A stretch of DNA of 24,960 nucleotides from positions 1-24,960 of the IMG/VR virus record IMGVR_UViG_3300011423_000030. The stretch is one strand, 5' to 3'. How positions within the stretch are numbered: the stretch's first letter is position 1; each line of letters opens with the position of its first letter. Position numbers and translations under genes: made by a program. This DNA is from a virus (lineage: Duplodnaviria; Caudoviricetes). The notes below the pieces were generated by a model. The model saw nothing but the letters and a program-made list of their open reading frames with translations, did no database searches and was not told where the DNA came from. Of this stretch, positions 15,768 through 24,007 are shown piece by piece.

Positions 15768-17573
15768 ATGGAAGGCTACAAGAAGATGCCACGGTCGGGC
15801 ATAGCACATATGCAAACAAAGGGAGTGTCGACGGCTCCCATCAAGAGGTCTGCTCCCAAGTCTGCGGCTAAGGCCAAGGGCTACAAGAAGGGTGGGGCAG
15901 TCAAGAAGGCTGGTGGTGGACTGGCTCTACTGCCTCCTGCATTCGGCAAAGGTAAGGCTGGTGATGATGAAAGTGCTGCTCCGGGCAAGCCATCTGCTGC
16001 TGCTCGTCGGAAGGCGATGAAGCTCAAGCCTAAGGTCAAGCCTAAGCTCGATGTGATGATCGCTATCGGCAAGGGCAAGAAGGAGGGTGGTAAGGTCAAG
16101 AAGTACGCTGATGGTGGTGCGATAGAGGCTCAGGGTGGTGGCGGTATCCAAGACCTGATTGCTCGTCGTCAGGCATCTCAAGGGCCGATTCCACCTCCTG
16201 CTGCTCCAGCTCCACAGGCTCCTCCTCCACCTGCTGCATTTGGTGATGCAACCAGACAGATGGGGGCTCAATTCCCGCAACAAGGTGGTGATGAAGGTAT
16301 CGATCTAGGTCGTGATCGTGGCAGAAGAATAGGGAGAGGACTAGGTCTCAAGGATGGCGGTAAGGTTGACTGCAAGAAGGAAGGCGGAGTAGTAAAAAAA
16401 AAGTCTAGTGCCATGCCCGTGTCAGGAGTAGAGGACACTGGCTTCAAGTCCATGACCAAGATGAAGAGCAGCATGTCAGGTAAGAGTGCTGCTACTGGTC
16501 ACGTCCAGAAGTTGGCTACTGGAGGCCGGGTGGCTCGTCTGGCTGAGGGTGGTCAATACCAGTACGAGAAAGACCCTGCTGAATCTGCTGATGCCTTCAA
16601 CAAGAGGATGGCTACAGCAACGATGGCTACCGATACTTACAAGAAGCAGAATGATCCTGCTGAAGTAGCTAAGGCTAAGGCATGGAGGGATGAGTTCTTT
16701 AGGCTTAACAATATGCCTGTTAAGGGAGCAAAGTCTGACCCTGTAGGTGATATGCAATACTGGCAGAAGATCGTAGCCAATCAACAATCCAAGCTGAACG
16801 ATCCTAATCAGGGGTACAGGTTGCCGGGGAACACTAACATCAGATTGCCTCATGCAATGGAGGCTGGTGGCACTGCTCCATACATATCATTGGCTCAGGC
16901 GCAGGAAATGGCTAAGACTAATCCAGAGATAGCTGCTCTGATAGCGCGACAATTGCCTACATCTGCTGATCCATACAGAGATGCTGCTTATCAAACACAG
17001 ATGAAGAATACCCCTGCTTCTACCAACTTGGACTTGGCTAAGGATATCCGTCAGTACGCTGGTGGTGCTGGCCCATCCAAAGACCCGTGGACATTCGCTG
17101 ATCAAGGACAGGGGGCAGATACTGGCTCGGCAGCGACACCATCCGGGCCAAGCATGGAAGGGTTCCTGAAGCTGATCAATGATCGTCGGGCTACTAGGAA
17201 CATGCCTCCACTGACCTCGTTGAGTCCTACACCTGATGCGTCTCAACCACCTCCAGCGACTACGCAGCCTCCTCCTGCCAGTACGACTCCTCCCGCGACT
17301 CAGACTCCTCCGGGAACTGGTCAGCCTCCTCCTAATGGTGGCTATGGTGGGTACGATTGGTACGGGCAGAACAATGGCAGCTATGGTGGCTTCAGTGGTG
17401 GGCCTATCGGATTCTTGGATCGACCCAACAAGTATGTGCCTAATCAGGCTCGGGTGAGTGGTGGGCAACTGGTTCAGAATGCTGGTGGACAATGGGTTCC
17501 TCAACAAGCTGCTACTGCCCAGACCGTCCCGGCTCAGAAGAAGGGTGGCAGAGTTAGATCGAGGGCCAGATAA
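15768..17573 (+). CDS. 601-aa low-complexity K/G/P-rich protein with 8 xxxGGx(V/I/Y) tags, probable internal virion protein
   Basis: Long ORF with GGGAG RBS, basic N-terminus and Pro-rich and Gly/Tyr-rich tracts. The function is inferred. Confidence 0.65.
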   Translation: MEGYKKMPRSGIAHMQTKGVSTAPIKRSAPKSAAKAKGYKKGGAVKKAGGGLALLPPAFGKGKAGDDESAAPGKPSAAARRKAMKLKPKVKPKLDVMIAIGKGKKEGGKVKKYADGGAIEAQGGGGIQDLIARRQASQGPIPPPAAPAPQAPPPPAAFGDATRQMGAQFPQQGGDEGIDLGRDRGRRIGRGLGLKDGGKVDCKKEGGVVKKKSSAMPVSGVEDTGFKSMTKMKSSMSGKSAATGHVQKLATGGRVARLAEGGQYQYEKDPAESADAFNKRMATATMATDTYKKQNDPAEVAKAKAWRDEFFRLNNMPVKGAKSDPVGDMQYWQKIVANQQSKLNDPNQGYRLPGNTNIRLPHAMEAGGTAPYISLAQAQEMAKTNPEIAALIARQLPTSADPYRDAAYQTQMKNTPASTNLDLAKDIRQYAGGAGPSKDPWTFADQGQGADTGSAATPSGPSMEGFLKLINDRRATRNMPPLTSLSPTPDASQPPPATTQPPPASTTPPATQTPPGTGQPPPNGGYGGYDWYGQNNGSYGGFSGGPIGFLDRPNKYVPNQARVSGGQLVQNAGGQWVPQQAATAQTVPAQKKGGRVRSRAR

Positions 17574-17731
17574 TGCCAGCCAAGAGTAAGGCTCAACTGA
17601 AGCTCATGGCAGCAGTGGCTACCAATCCGAAGCTGGCGAAGGCCAAGGGTATTCCTCAGAAGGTGGGCAAGGAGTACCTCGCTGCCACTCCAACCACCAA
17701 GGGACTACCTACGAAGATCAAGAAGAGGTAA
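17573..17731 (+). CDS. 52-aa basic protein (MPAKSKAQLKLMAAVATNPKLAKAKGIPQKVGKEY...), not in the ORF track
   Basis: TAATG coupling to the upstream stop; ends 2 nt before the next ATG; MP.KSK.Q...M.AVA.NP...GI.Q.VG.E pattern seen in small phage proteins. Confidence 0.8.
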   Translation: MPAKSKAQLKLMAAVATNPKLAKAKGIPQKVGKEYLAATPTTKGLPTKIKKR

Positions 17732-17733
17732 TC

Positions 17734-18789
17734 ATGCCATTCTCAGGAACAGTCAGCCAGACAGTGATTGATGTCATGCAGCTCATCGAACACGCGGTCA
17801 GACGCTGCGGTAAGTTCGCAGAGGAGCTGACGGTCGAACAGATACAGTCTGCCCGTGAATCGCTCTACTTCCTGCTATCGCACATGGGGAACCGTGGCAT
17901 ACAGTACTGGGCGATCCAGAAGACGGTCATCGGCACGATCTCGCACAAGTACACCTACTATCTGCCTCTCGGCTCAATAGACGTGCTCAATGCCTTCTAT
18001 CGGCGCATGAACCGGAATACAGGCATAGCGATCATGTCCGATGGTGATGGTCAACTTGCTCTGGATGGTGATGTGAGTACCAAGTGCGTACAGGCCATAG
18101 CTGATGGGTTCCTCGGGGTAAGCCTACCTGAGCCTGTCTACGTCACATCGGTCGGAATACTGGCAGGGGAATCGTCCCCTTTTACCATTGTCATCGAGTA
18201 CTCTGAGGATGGGATCGTGTGGAACCTCCTGCAAGCTGTTCCCAAGACTATGTGGGTGGATGGTCAGTGGCTCTGGTACGACATCGATCCCGGCAAGAGC
18301 GTCAGGTACTACCGGATACGTGAGACAGCAGGAGGCTTCCTGAATGTCCGTGAGCTCTACGTGGGGAGCAATCCATCCGAGATCACCCTCTCTCGACTTA
18401 ACCGGGATGACTACACCAATCTCCCGAACAAGACATACCCGAGCAATCAGCCTGTTCAATACTGGATGGATCACACGATCAACGTACCCAACATTCAGGT
18501 GTGGCCTGTACCCAACAACTACTTCACTCAGATCGTAGTGTACTGCTCCCGGTACATCATGGACGTGGGTGACTTGCAAGGTGAGATCGAGATACCCCAG
18601 AGATGGTATGAGGCGATCATCTTCTCGCTGGCCCACAAGATGTCACTCGAGCTGCCGGGTGTCGACTTGCAGAGGATACAGTACCTCGAGACTCAGATGA
18701 ACATACATCGAGGTGAAGCGGAGGACGCTGAATACGACCGTAGCCCGATCCGGTGGCTACCTAACGTTAGATGCTACACGAAGATATAG
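17734..18789 (+). CDS. Head-tail adaptor-like protein with an inserted discoidin (F5/8 type C)-like domain
   Basis: Helical N-terminus (IEHAVRRCG...ARESL..LL...NRG), PVQYW, VWPVP and IPQRWYEAI..LA. The central insert has ALDGD, IEYS.DG..W and RYYRIR. Confidence 0.65.
   Translation: MPFSGTVSQTVIDVMQLIEHAVRRCGKFAEELTVEQIQSARESLYFLLSHMGNRGIQYWAIQKTVIGTISHKYTYYLPLGSIDVLNAFYRRMNRNTGIAIMSDGDGQLALDGDVSTKCVQAIADGFLGVSLPEPVYVTSVGILAGESSPFTIVIEYSEDGIVWNLLQAVPKTMWVDGQWLWYDIDPGKSVRYYRIRETAGGFLNVRELYVGSNPSEITLSRLNRDDYTNLPNKTYPSNQPVQYWMDHTINVPNIQVWPVPNNYFTQIVVYCSRYIMDVGDLQGEIEIPQRWYEAIIFSLAHKMSLELPGVDLQRIQYLETQMNIHRGEAEDAEYDRSPIRWLPNVRCYTKI
18166..18179. promoter_or_regulatory. Palindromic site 7, GGGGAATCGTCCCC (inside adaptor gene)
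   Basis: Identical to site 2; extends to AGGGGAATCGTCCCCT and is followed by a T-tract. Confidence 0.75.
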
Positions 18790-19125
18790 ATGCCACTATT
18801 CCTAGACACTCGAAGCAAGACCATACTCTCTGTAGCGATCTGCGACAGGTGCGGTATGAAGCGACCATATGTCGACCTCAGTGCTGACAGGAACAACCCC
18901 GGACTCCGTGTGTGCAACAAGAACTGCAATGATGAATTCGATCCGTGGAGACTCCCGGCACGATCACCTGACAAGATCGCCATCCGGTACGCGAGACCTG
19001 ACAACTACCCTGATATGCCTGAGCCACTGACACTGATCACCGAGGAGACCTCTGCCTTCCAGATATTCGTTGAGAACTCATCGATACCTGAAGCCAATGG
19101 GAACCTAGACGTACTGGAGCTATGA
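18790..19125 (+). CDS. Small Cys-rich (CxxC...CxxxC) hypothetical protein
   Basis: AICDRCG...GLRVCNKNC.D..DP...RPD; abuts the upstream stop. Confidence 0.75.
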   Translation: MPLFLDTRSKTILSVAICDRCGMKRPYVDLSADRNNPGLRVCNKNCNDEFDPWRLPARSPDKIAIRYARPDNYPDMPEPLTLITEETSAFQIFVENSSIPEANGNLDVLEL

Positions 19126-19126
19126 G

Positions 19127-19666
19127 ATGCCATCTAAGAGAATAATTGACCTGCCATTCGCTACCGTGCCACTAACCGGGACTGAGCTGACCCTCGTCTT
19201 TCAAGATGGGACGACCAAGTCCGTGGCACTGGATGAGATCGCGCTGGCCCCACTACCTGACACTGGTGTCACGCCGGGTGAGTACGGTACGGGTGACATG
19301 ATCCCTAGAATCAATGTGGATGAGAAGGGCAGAATCGTCAGCTTAGATGTAGTGCCAGTGTTACCAAGCACGGTAGGTGAAGTACCAGTGCTGAAGTTCG
19401 ATGACTTTGTCATGTCTGAAAGCGACAGGATTGTGATCAATGACAAGCCCGGAACATGCATTGTTACGATGCTTGATCCTGCTCTTCATGTAGGCCGACA
19501 GGTGACATTCATCAATGGAGCACCACAGGCACTCAATTCATCTGAAGACAATATCATCCAGCAGAACGGCTCTGGGCCAACCAATGCCATCCTTGCTAAT
19601 CCTGTAGGCAGATGGGCTGACCTGATAAGCACTGGGTTATTCTGGCGGATCATACGGTCTGGATAA
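19127..19666 (+). CDS. Short tail-fibre/collar-like protein
   Basis: N-terminal I.DLP.A...LTG.E....Q.G.T, fibre motif TGVTPG.YG......I.VD.KGRI, and a C-terminal domain similar to the tip of the 1093-aa fibre. Confidence 0.65.
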   Translation: MPSKRIIDLPFATVPLTGTELTLVFQDGTTKSVALDEIALAPLPDTGVTPGEYGTGDMIPRINVDEKGRIVSLDVVPVLPSTVGEVPVLKFDDFVMSESDRIVINDKPGTCIVTMLDPALHVGRQVTFINGAPQALNSSEDNIIQQNGSGPTNAILANPVGRWADLISTGLFWRIIRSG

Positions 19667-19668
19667 AA

Positions 19669-19682
19669 AGGGACGAGTCCTT
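19669..19682. promoter_or_regulatory. Palindromic site 8, AGGGACGAGTCCTT (intergenic)
   Basis: Begins 2 nt after TAA 19664-19666 and ends just before the GGAG RBS of the next gene; one mismatch from the reverse complement of site 1. Confidence 0.75.
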
Positions 19683-19695
19683 AATGGAGATTATC

Positions 19696-20076
19696 ATGGC
19701 ACAGGACAAGAAGTCGTTCTCTGAGTCGATCAACGAGAAGATACTGGACGTATATGACAGTGGCGAGGTGTTCAACTCACGCAACTTCAGGGACGTATGC
19801 AAGAAGTTCTGCCGTACCTATGGCGAGGTGAACCAGCTACTCGGGACGCTGAGATCGAAGGGGATACTCGAGGAATGCATGCTCCCTGACTCGCTGCACA
19901 GGCTGGTGCTGCACTACAGGCTGGTCAATCGGGACAAGCTGCTTGACATGATATCTCCCAGAAAGCGCGATATGGTAGCCAGATTACGCGGAGATGGCAT
20001 TGATAACATGGGATTGCAGGACATTCTTGATAGAATAACAAGGGCAAGGCTAGGACACCAGACACACGCCAGATAG
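19696..20076 (+). CDS. Hypothetical protein, possible winged helix-turn-helix DNA-binding protein
   Basis: Helix-strand-helix-helix-hairpin pattern (EVFNSRNF...EVNQLLGTLRSKGILEE...HYRL). ATG 19696 follows GGAG 19686-19689; the track start is 19684. Confidence 0.55.
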   Translation: MAQDKKSFSESINEKILDVYDSGEVFNSRNFRDVCKKFCRTYGEVNQLLGTLRSKGILEECMLPDSLHRLVLHYRLVNRDKLLDMISPRKRDMVARLRGDGIDNMGLQDILDRITRARLGHQTHAR

Positions 20077-20086
20077 GGGATTCACC

Positions 20087-20719
20087 ATGACCACAGCAGT
20101 AGTAATGACGTACAACAGTCTGGTACTGGACATAGAACACTATCTGGAGCGCACTGACGCTGATACTCTCTCCCAGATACCACGATTCATCAGCCTTGCC
20201 GAGCTGATCATAGCGGCTAACCTCAAGTTCCTCGGCAATCTGGTCGTAGCGACCGGAAATCTCACTCTAGCTGACCCAATCCTCGTGAAACCAGCAGGAT
20301 GGCGCAAGACTGTCTCGATGAATATCACTGTGAACGACAAGAAGCAGCCAGTATTCCTAAGAAAGTACGAAGTATTAAGGACTTACGCTCCAGATGCCGA
20401 TGAGGGACGTGTCCCTAAGTATTATGCCGATTATGACTACGATCATTGGCTCGTAGCACCCACTCCGGACGCTCCATACGAGTTCGAGGTCACTTTCTAC
20501 GGGATTCCACCTCTATCCAGCGACAATCAGAGCAACTGGTTCACTCAGAAGGCTCCTCAGGCCCTCCTGTATGGCTCATTACTGCAATCTGCACCCTATC
20601 TGAAGAACGATGAGCGTGTAGTGCTATGGAAGAGTGAGTTCGAAGGCTTCCTGAACAGCCTGAAGACCGAGGAAACTGAGCGAATAGTCGATAGAAGCGC
20701 ATATGTTAAGGGTACATAA
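20087..20719 (+). CDS. Second adaptor / tail tubular protein A-like protein
   Basis: TY..L...I..YLER.D...IP.FI.LAE, PKYYA, APTPD..Y and NW....AP..LLYGSL. Confidence 0.7.
   Translation: MTTAVVMTYNSLVLDIEHYLERTDADTLSQIPRFISLAELIIAANLKFLGNLVVATGNLTLADPILVKPAGWRKTVSMNITVNDKKQPVFLRKYEVLRTYAPDADEGRVPKYYADYDYDHWLVAPTPDAPYEFEVTFYGIPPLSSDNQSNWFTQKAPQALLYGSLLQSAPYLKNDERVVLWKSEFEGFLNSLKTEETERIVDRSAYVKGT
20403..20416. promoter_or_regulatory. Palindromic site 9, AGGGACGTGTCCCT (inside 210-aa gene)
   Basis: Perfect 6-bp arms; followed by AAGTATTAT. Confidence 0.75.
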
Positions 20720-20722
20720 GAC

Positions 20723-23700
20723 ATGACCAGCTATACCTCACCATTCACAGGGAATGTGATCCAGCCAACAGACGTTTCGCTGACCACTATCGACCTTACC
20801 ACGGAAAATCTCCAGACTCAGTGGCCTATCAATGGCGATCCTGACCTGACGATGATCGCTCGGATCACTGAAGTCACCTCCGGATCAGCTCTATTCAACC
20901 TCAGACTGCCTCCAGCCAACCAAGCCTCGGTAGGTGAGGACATTCTGATGCGGAATGTGGGTGCTGAAGCCTTCACGGTACAGGACTTCGATGGGATTAA
21001 TGACATTGTGACCATCAATCCCGGTCAGGCAAGGTACATCTACATCTCGGAGAACGACGATGAACAAGGTCTCTGGCACACCTTTACTTTTGGTGCTGGT
21101 ACTTCTGCTGTTGATGCTGCTGCGCTGGCTGGGAATGGACTGGTAGCACTCGACTCGAAGCTCAATCAGTCACTTCCTATCGTCCTGATCAACTCGAACT
21201 ATGTCATACAGCCAACTGACAGGGCCAATCTCATCATCTGGGTAGGCGGAGCAGGGGTATTCACGCTGCTGACTGGTGGCCTGTATGGGCCTGACTGGTT
21301 CGTGAACATCAGGAATAACGGTACTGGACTGCTGACCATCACTACTACCTCGGGGACTATCAACGGTGCTGTATCGATCAGTCTCCAGCCCACTGACTCA
21401 TGCTTCATCGGGTGTGATGGAACCAACTTCTACACGGTAGGACTCGGCAAGAATACCCAGTTCAACTTCTCGCAACTGGTCAAGCAGGTATCAGGTGGAA
21501 CATACACACTGACTCCATCCGAAGCATCCAACACGATGATGAAGTTCGTGAGCTCCGGCAACCTGACCAGCAACGTGGTGATAGTGCTGCCTCCTACCAT
21601 TCAGGTCTACTTCGTCCAGAACGCTACGACCTCTCCTGATGGGTTCACGATCCGGCTCACGACCAATACTGGTGGTGCTGATGCGATCATCCCGGCTGGG
21701 GAACAGGCGACAGTGATCAATGACTCGATCAATATCGTCAACGCTAACAGTATCTCTGCTGGCCCGGTGAACTTCGCACTGCCTGATGGCTCTGCTGCTG
21801 CACCTGCCATGTACTTCGCTACCGAGCCTACGACTGGAGTCTATCGTCCGGGGCCGGGGAGATATGGCTTCACTATCCTCGGCACTCAGGTAGGAGAGTG
21901 GGGTGCTTCCATACTCAGGATCATTGGTAGTCTGGCCTTCTTGGGGATCGGGAGAAGGATCACGGGTAACCTCTCCGATGCCGTAGTAGCCAATCGTCTG
22001 CTATTCCAGAACTCCATAGCGAATGCAGCATCTGGGGTGGAAGTGATCCCTAATGGAACGGGTACTAGCTCGAACTTCACTGTCAACAACAACAGTGATC
22101 CAGACAATGGTTCGATAGCTCAACTCGTCATAGACATTAATACTGCCGTAGTGCGATCTGGTAGACGAGGAACTGGAGCATTCCTGCCTCTATCATTCCA
22201 GACAAGTGATACTGAAAGACTCATCATAGGTGCAGATGGCACTATTGCACTCATAGGCAACCTGAACTGGATTGGAGCAAGCAGGAGGATACAGGCTGAC
22301 TTCACTACATCTCCTATCAATCTCAGGACGATGTTCCAGACTTCGGTGGTGAATGGTCAAACAGCTATAGAGGCGATACCAAATGGCACTGGTAATATAT
22401 CCGCCTTTATAGCCAATAATAACTCTGATCCACTGCTTGGTTCACGTTTCCTGCATCAGATAACACCAACTTCTGCCTCATTAAACTCAACCAGACAAGG
22501 TGCTGCTCCATACCTTCCTATCTCATTCCTGACCAGCGATATCGAGAGAATGAATATCGGTGTGGCTGGTGAAGTCACTCACTTTGGTAATCTGGTGTTC
22601 TCAGGGGCTGGCAGGAGGATCATTGGGGACTTCTCAGCACTCCCACTGGCTCTCAGGACAATGTTCCAGACATCTGTTCTAAATTCCATAACAAGCATTG
22701 AGGCGATACCAAATGGCACTGGTACTGGCTCGAACTTCAATGCTAACAACAACCCTGATCCTGATAATGGATCAAGGTTCCTGCACAGTATTTCAGCTAC
22801 TCAGTCCGTCCTTAATTCAACCAGACAAGGTACTGGTCTATTCCTGCCGATATCAATATTGACCAGCAATGTCGAGCGAGTGAACATCGGTGTAGCTGGT
22901 GAGACTACTCTATTTGGCAACCTAGTATTCTCAGGAGTAAGCAGAAGGATACAGGGTGACTTCACAACTACAACACCTAATTTAACTAATAGATTGATGT
23001 TCCAGACAAGCACTGTCAATGGGATAACCAATGTCGAAGCCATGCCAAATGGTACTGGAGCCGCAGCATCTTTTGGTGTTTACACTAGCACCGATCCACA
23101 AAATAGTTCTCGTGGGCAGATGGTTATCAATGCAGGTGGCTTTGACATAATCTCGTCGGCATTAGGGACAGGTAGTGTACAGCCAATGAGATTCTTCACG
23201 AACGGTCTTGAGCGACTAAACATTGCTGCTGCTGGTGGTGCTAATGCTGGTACTGTCACAGTGCTTGGTACTTTCAATGTAAACAGCAACTTAAATGTCA
23301 CTGGCAATGCTACATTCAGCAATAGTGCAAGCATAATAGCTAACTATGTTGGAGTTGAATTAGCTTTAGTTATCCAGAATACGGACAACACCAATCCTGC
23401 TAGTAATGCGAGACAGGTTATTCAAACTGGTGGTGCTGGTGGTGGTGATCCTTACACTGTCTACTTCATACCGGGAGTAAAAGGCTACAGTGTTGGAATA
23501 GATAGGACGGATGGTGCGAAATTCAAGATATGCGGCACTATCGGAATGGGTGGTGTTGACGTACTGACTATCGATAATGCAGGACTTGTCACGATACCGA
23601 ACAATCTGACTGTCGTAGGCGCACTCTCTGCTGGCTCACTGGCCTTCACCAACCTGAGTGTGTCTGGCACTCTGACTGTTGGTGGTGCAGCTACTGTTGG

Positions 23701-24004
23701 CTATCTCAATAGGGGTGTGCCTGTCATCAAGACTGCTGACTTTACTGTTGGCCCAACTGAGAACTGGATCATCGTCAATAAACCCGGTGGTATAAACACG
23801 ACCGTTACCATGCCAAGTGCTGCTGCCTTTCCGGGACGAGAGATCATGTTCCTTCTTTATCAATCAGTTGGTGTCTTACAGTCATCTGCCAGCAATATTG
23901 CCAATAGGTCTAATGGTGGCGCGACTAATCTGATACTTGGTTCACAAGCTGCTTCGTGCAGACTGGTAAGCGATGGCGGTATATGGCGAGACATGGGGCC
24001 ATAA
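20723..24004 (+). CDS. Tail fibre / receptor-binding protein
   Basis: 1093 aa, G/T/N/S/I-rich, with beta-sandwich modules, DGSAAAP..F linker, repeated ER..I motifs and four 110-aa repeats. Confidence 0.85.
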   Translation: MTSYTSPFTGNVIQPTDVSLTTIDLTTENLQTQWPINGDPDLTMIARITEVTSGSALFNLRLPPANQASVGEDILMRNVGAEAFTVQDFDGINDIVTINPGQARYIYISENDDEQGLWHTFTFGAGTSAVDAAALAGNGLVALDSKLNQSLPIVLINSNYVIQPTDRANLIIWVGGAGVFTLLTGGLYGPDWFVNIRNNGTGLLTITTTSGTINGAVSISLQPTDSCFIGCDGTNFYTVGLGKNTQFNFSQLVKQVSGGTYTLTPSEASNTMMKFVSSGNLTSNVVIVLPPTIQVYFVQNATTSPDGFTIRLTTNTGGADAIIPAGEQATVINDSINIVNANSISAGPVNFALPDGSAAAPAMYFATEPTTGVYRPGPGRYGFTILGTQVGEWGASILRIIGSLAFLGIGRRITGNLSDAVVANRLLFQNSIANAASGVEVIPNGTGTSSNFTVNNNSDPDNGSIAQLVIDINTAVVRSGRRGTGAFLPLSFQTSDTERLIIGADGTIALIGNLNWIGASRRIQADFTTSPINLRTMFQTSVVNGQTAIEAIPNGTGNISAFIANNNSDPLLGSRFLHQITPTSASLNSTRQGAAPYLPISFLTSDIERMNIGVAGEVTHFGNLVFSGAGRRIIGDFSALPLALRTMFQTSVLNSITSIEAIPNGTGTGSNFNANNNPDPDNGSRFLHSISATQSVLNSTRQGTGLFLPISILTSNVERVNIGVAGETTLFGNLVFSGVSRRIQGDFTTTTPNLTNRLMFQTSTVNGITNVEAMPNGTGAAASFGVYTSTDPQNSSRGQMVINAGGFDIISSALGTGSVQPMRFFTNGLERLNIAAAGGANAGTVTVLGTFNVNSNLNVTGNATFSNSASIIANYVGVELALVIQNTDNTNPASNARQVIQTGGAGGGDPYTVYFIPGVKGYSVGIDRTDGAKFKICGTIGMGGVDVLTIDNAGLVTIPNNLTVVGALSAGSLAFTNLSVSGTLTVGGAATVGYLNRGVPVIKTADFTVGPTENWIIVNKPGGINTTVTMPSAAAFPGREIMFLLYQSVGVLQSSASNIANRSNGGATNLILGSQAASCRLVSDGGIWRDMGP
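21926..23240 (+). repeat. Four tandem diverged 330-nt (110-aa) coding repeats
   Basis: Repeat starts at 21926, 22256, 22586 and 22916; each reads G.L.F.G..RRI.GDF...R.MFQTS..N...E.IPNGTG...DP..GS...ER..I. Confidence 0.9.
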
Positions 24005-24007
24005 CAG

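Noticed and set aside
17225-17335. CCTCCT-rich quasi-repeats in the 601-aa gene
   Set aside because: They are explained by a Pro/Thr/Gln low-complexity linker and have no fixed DNA period.
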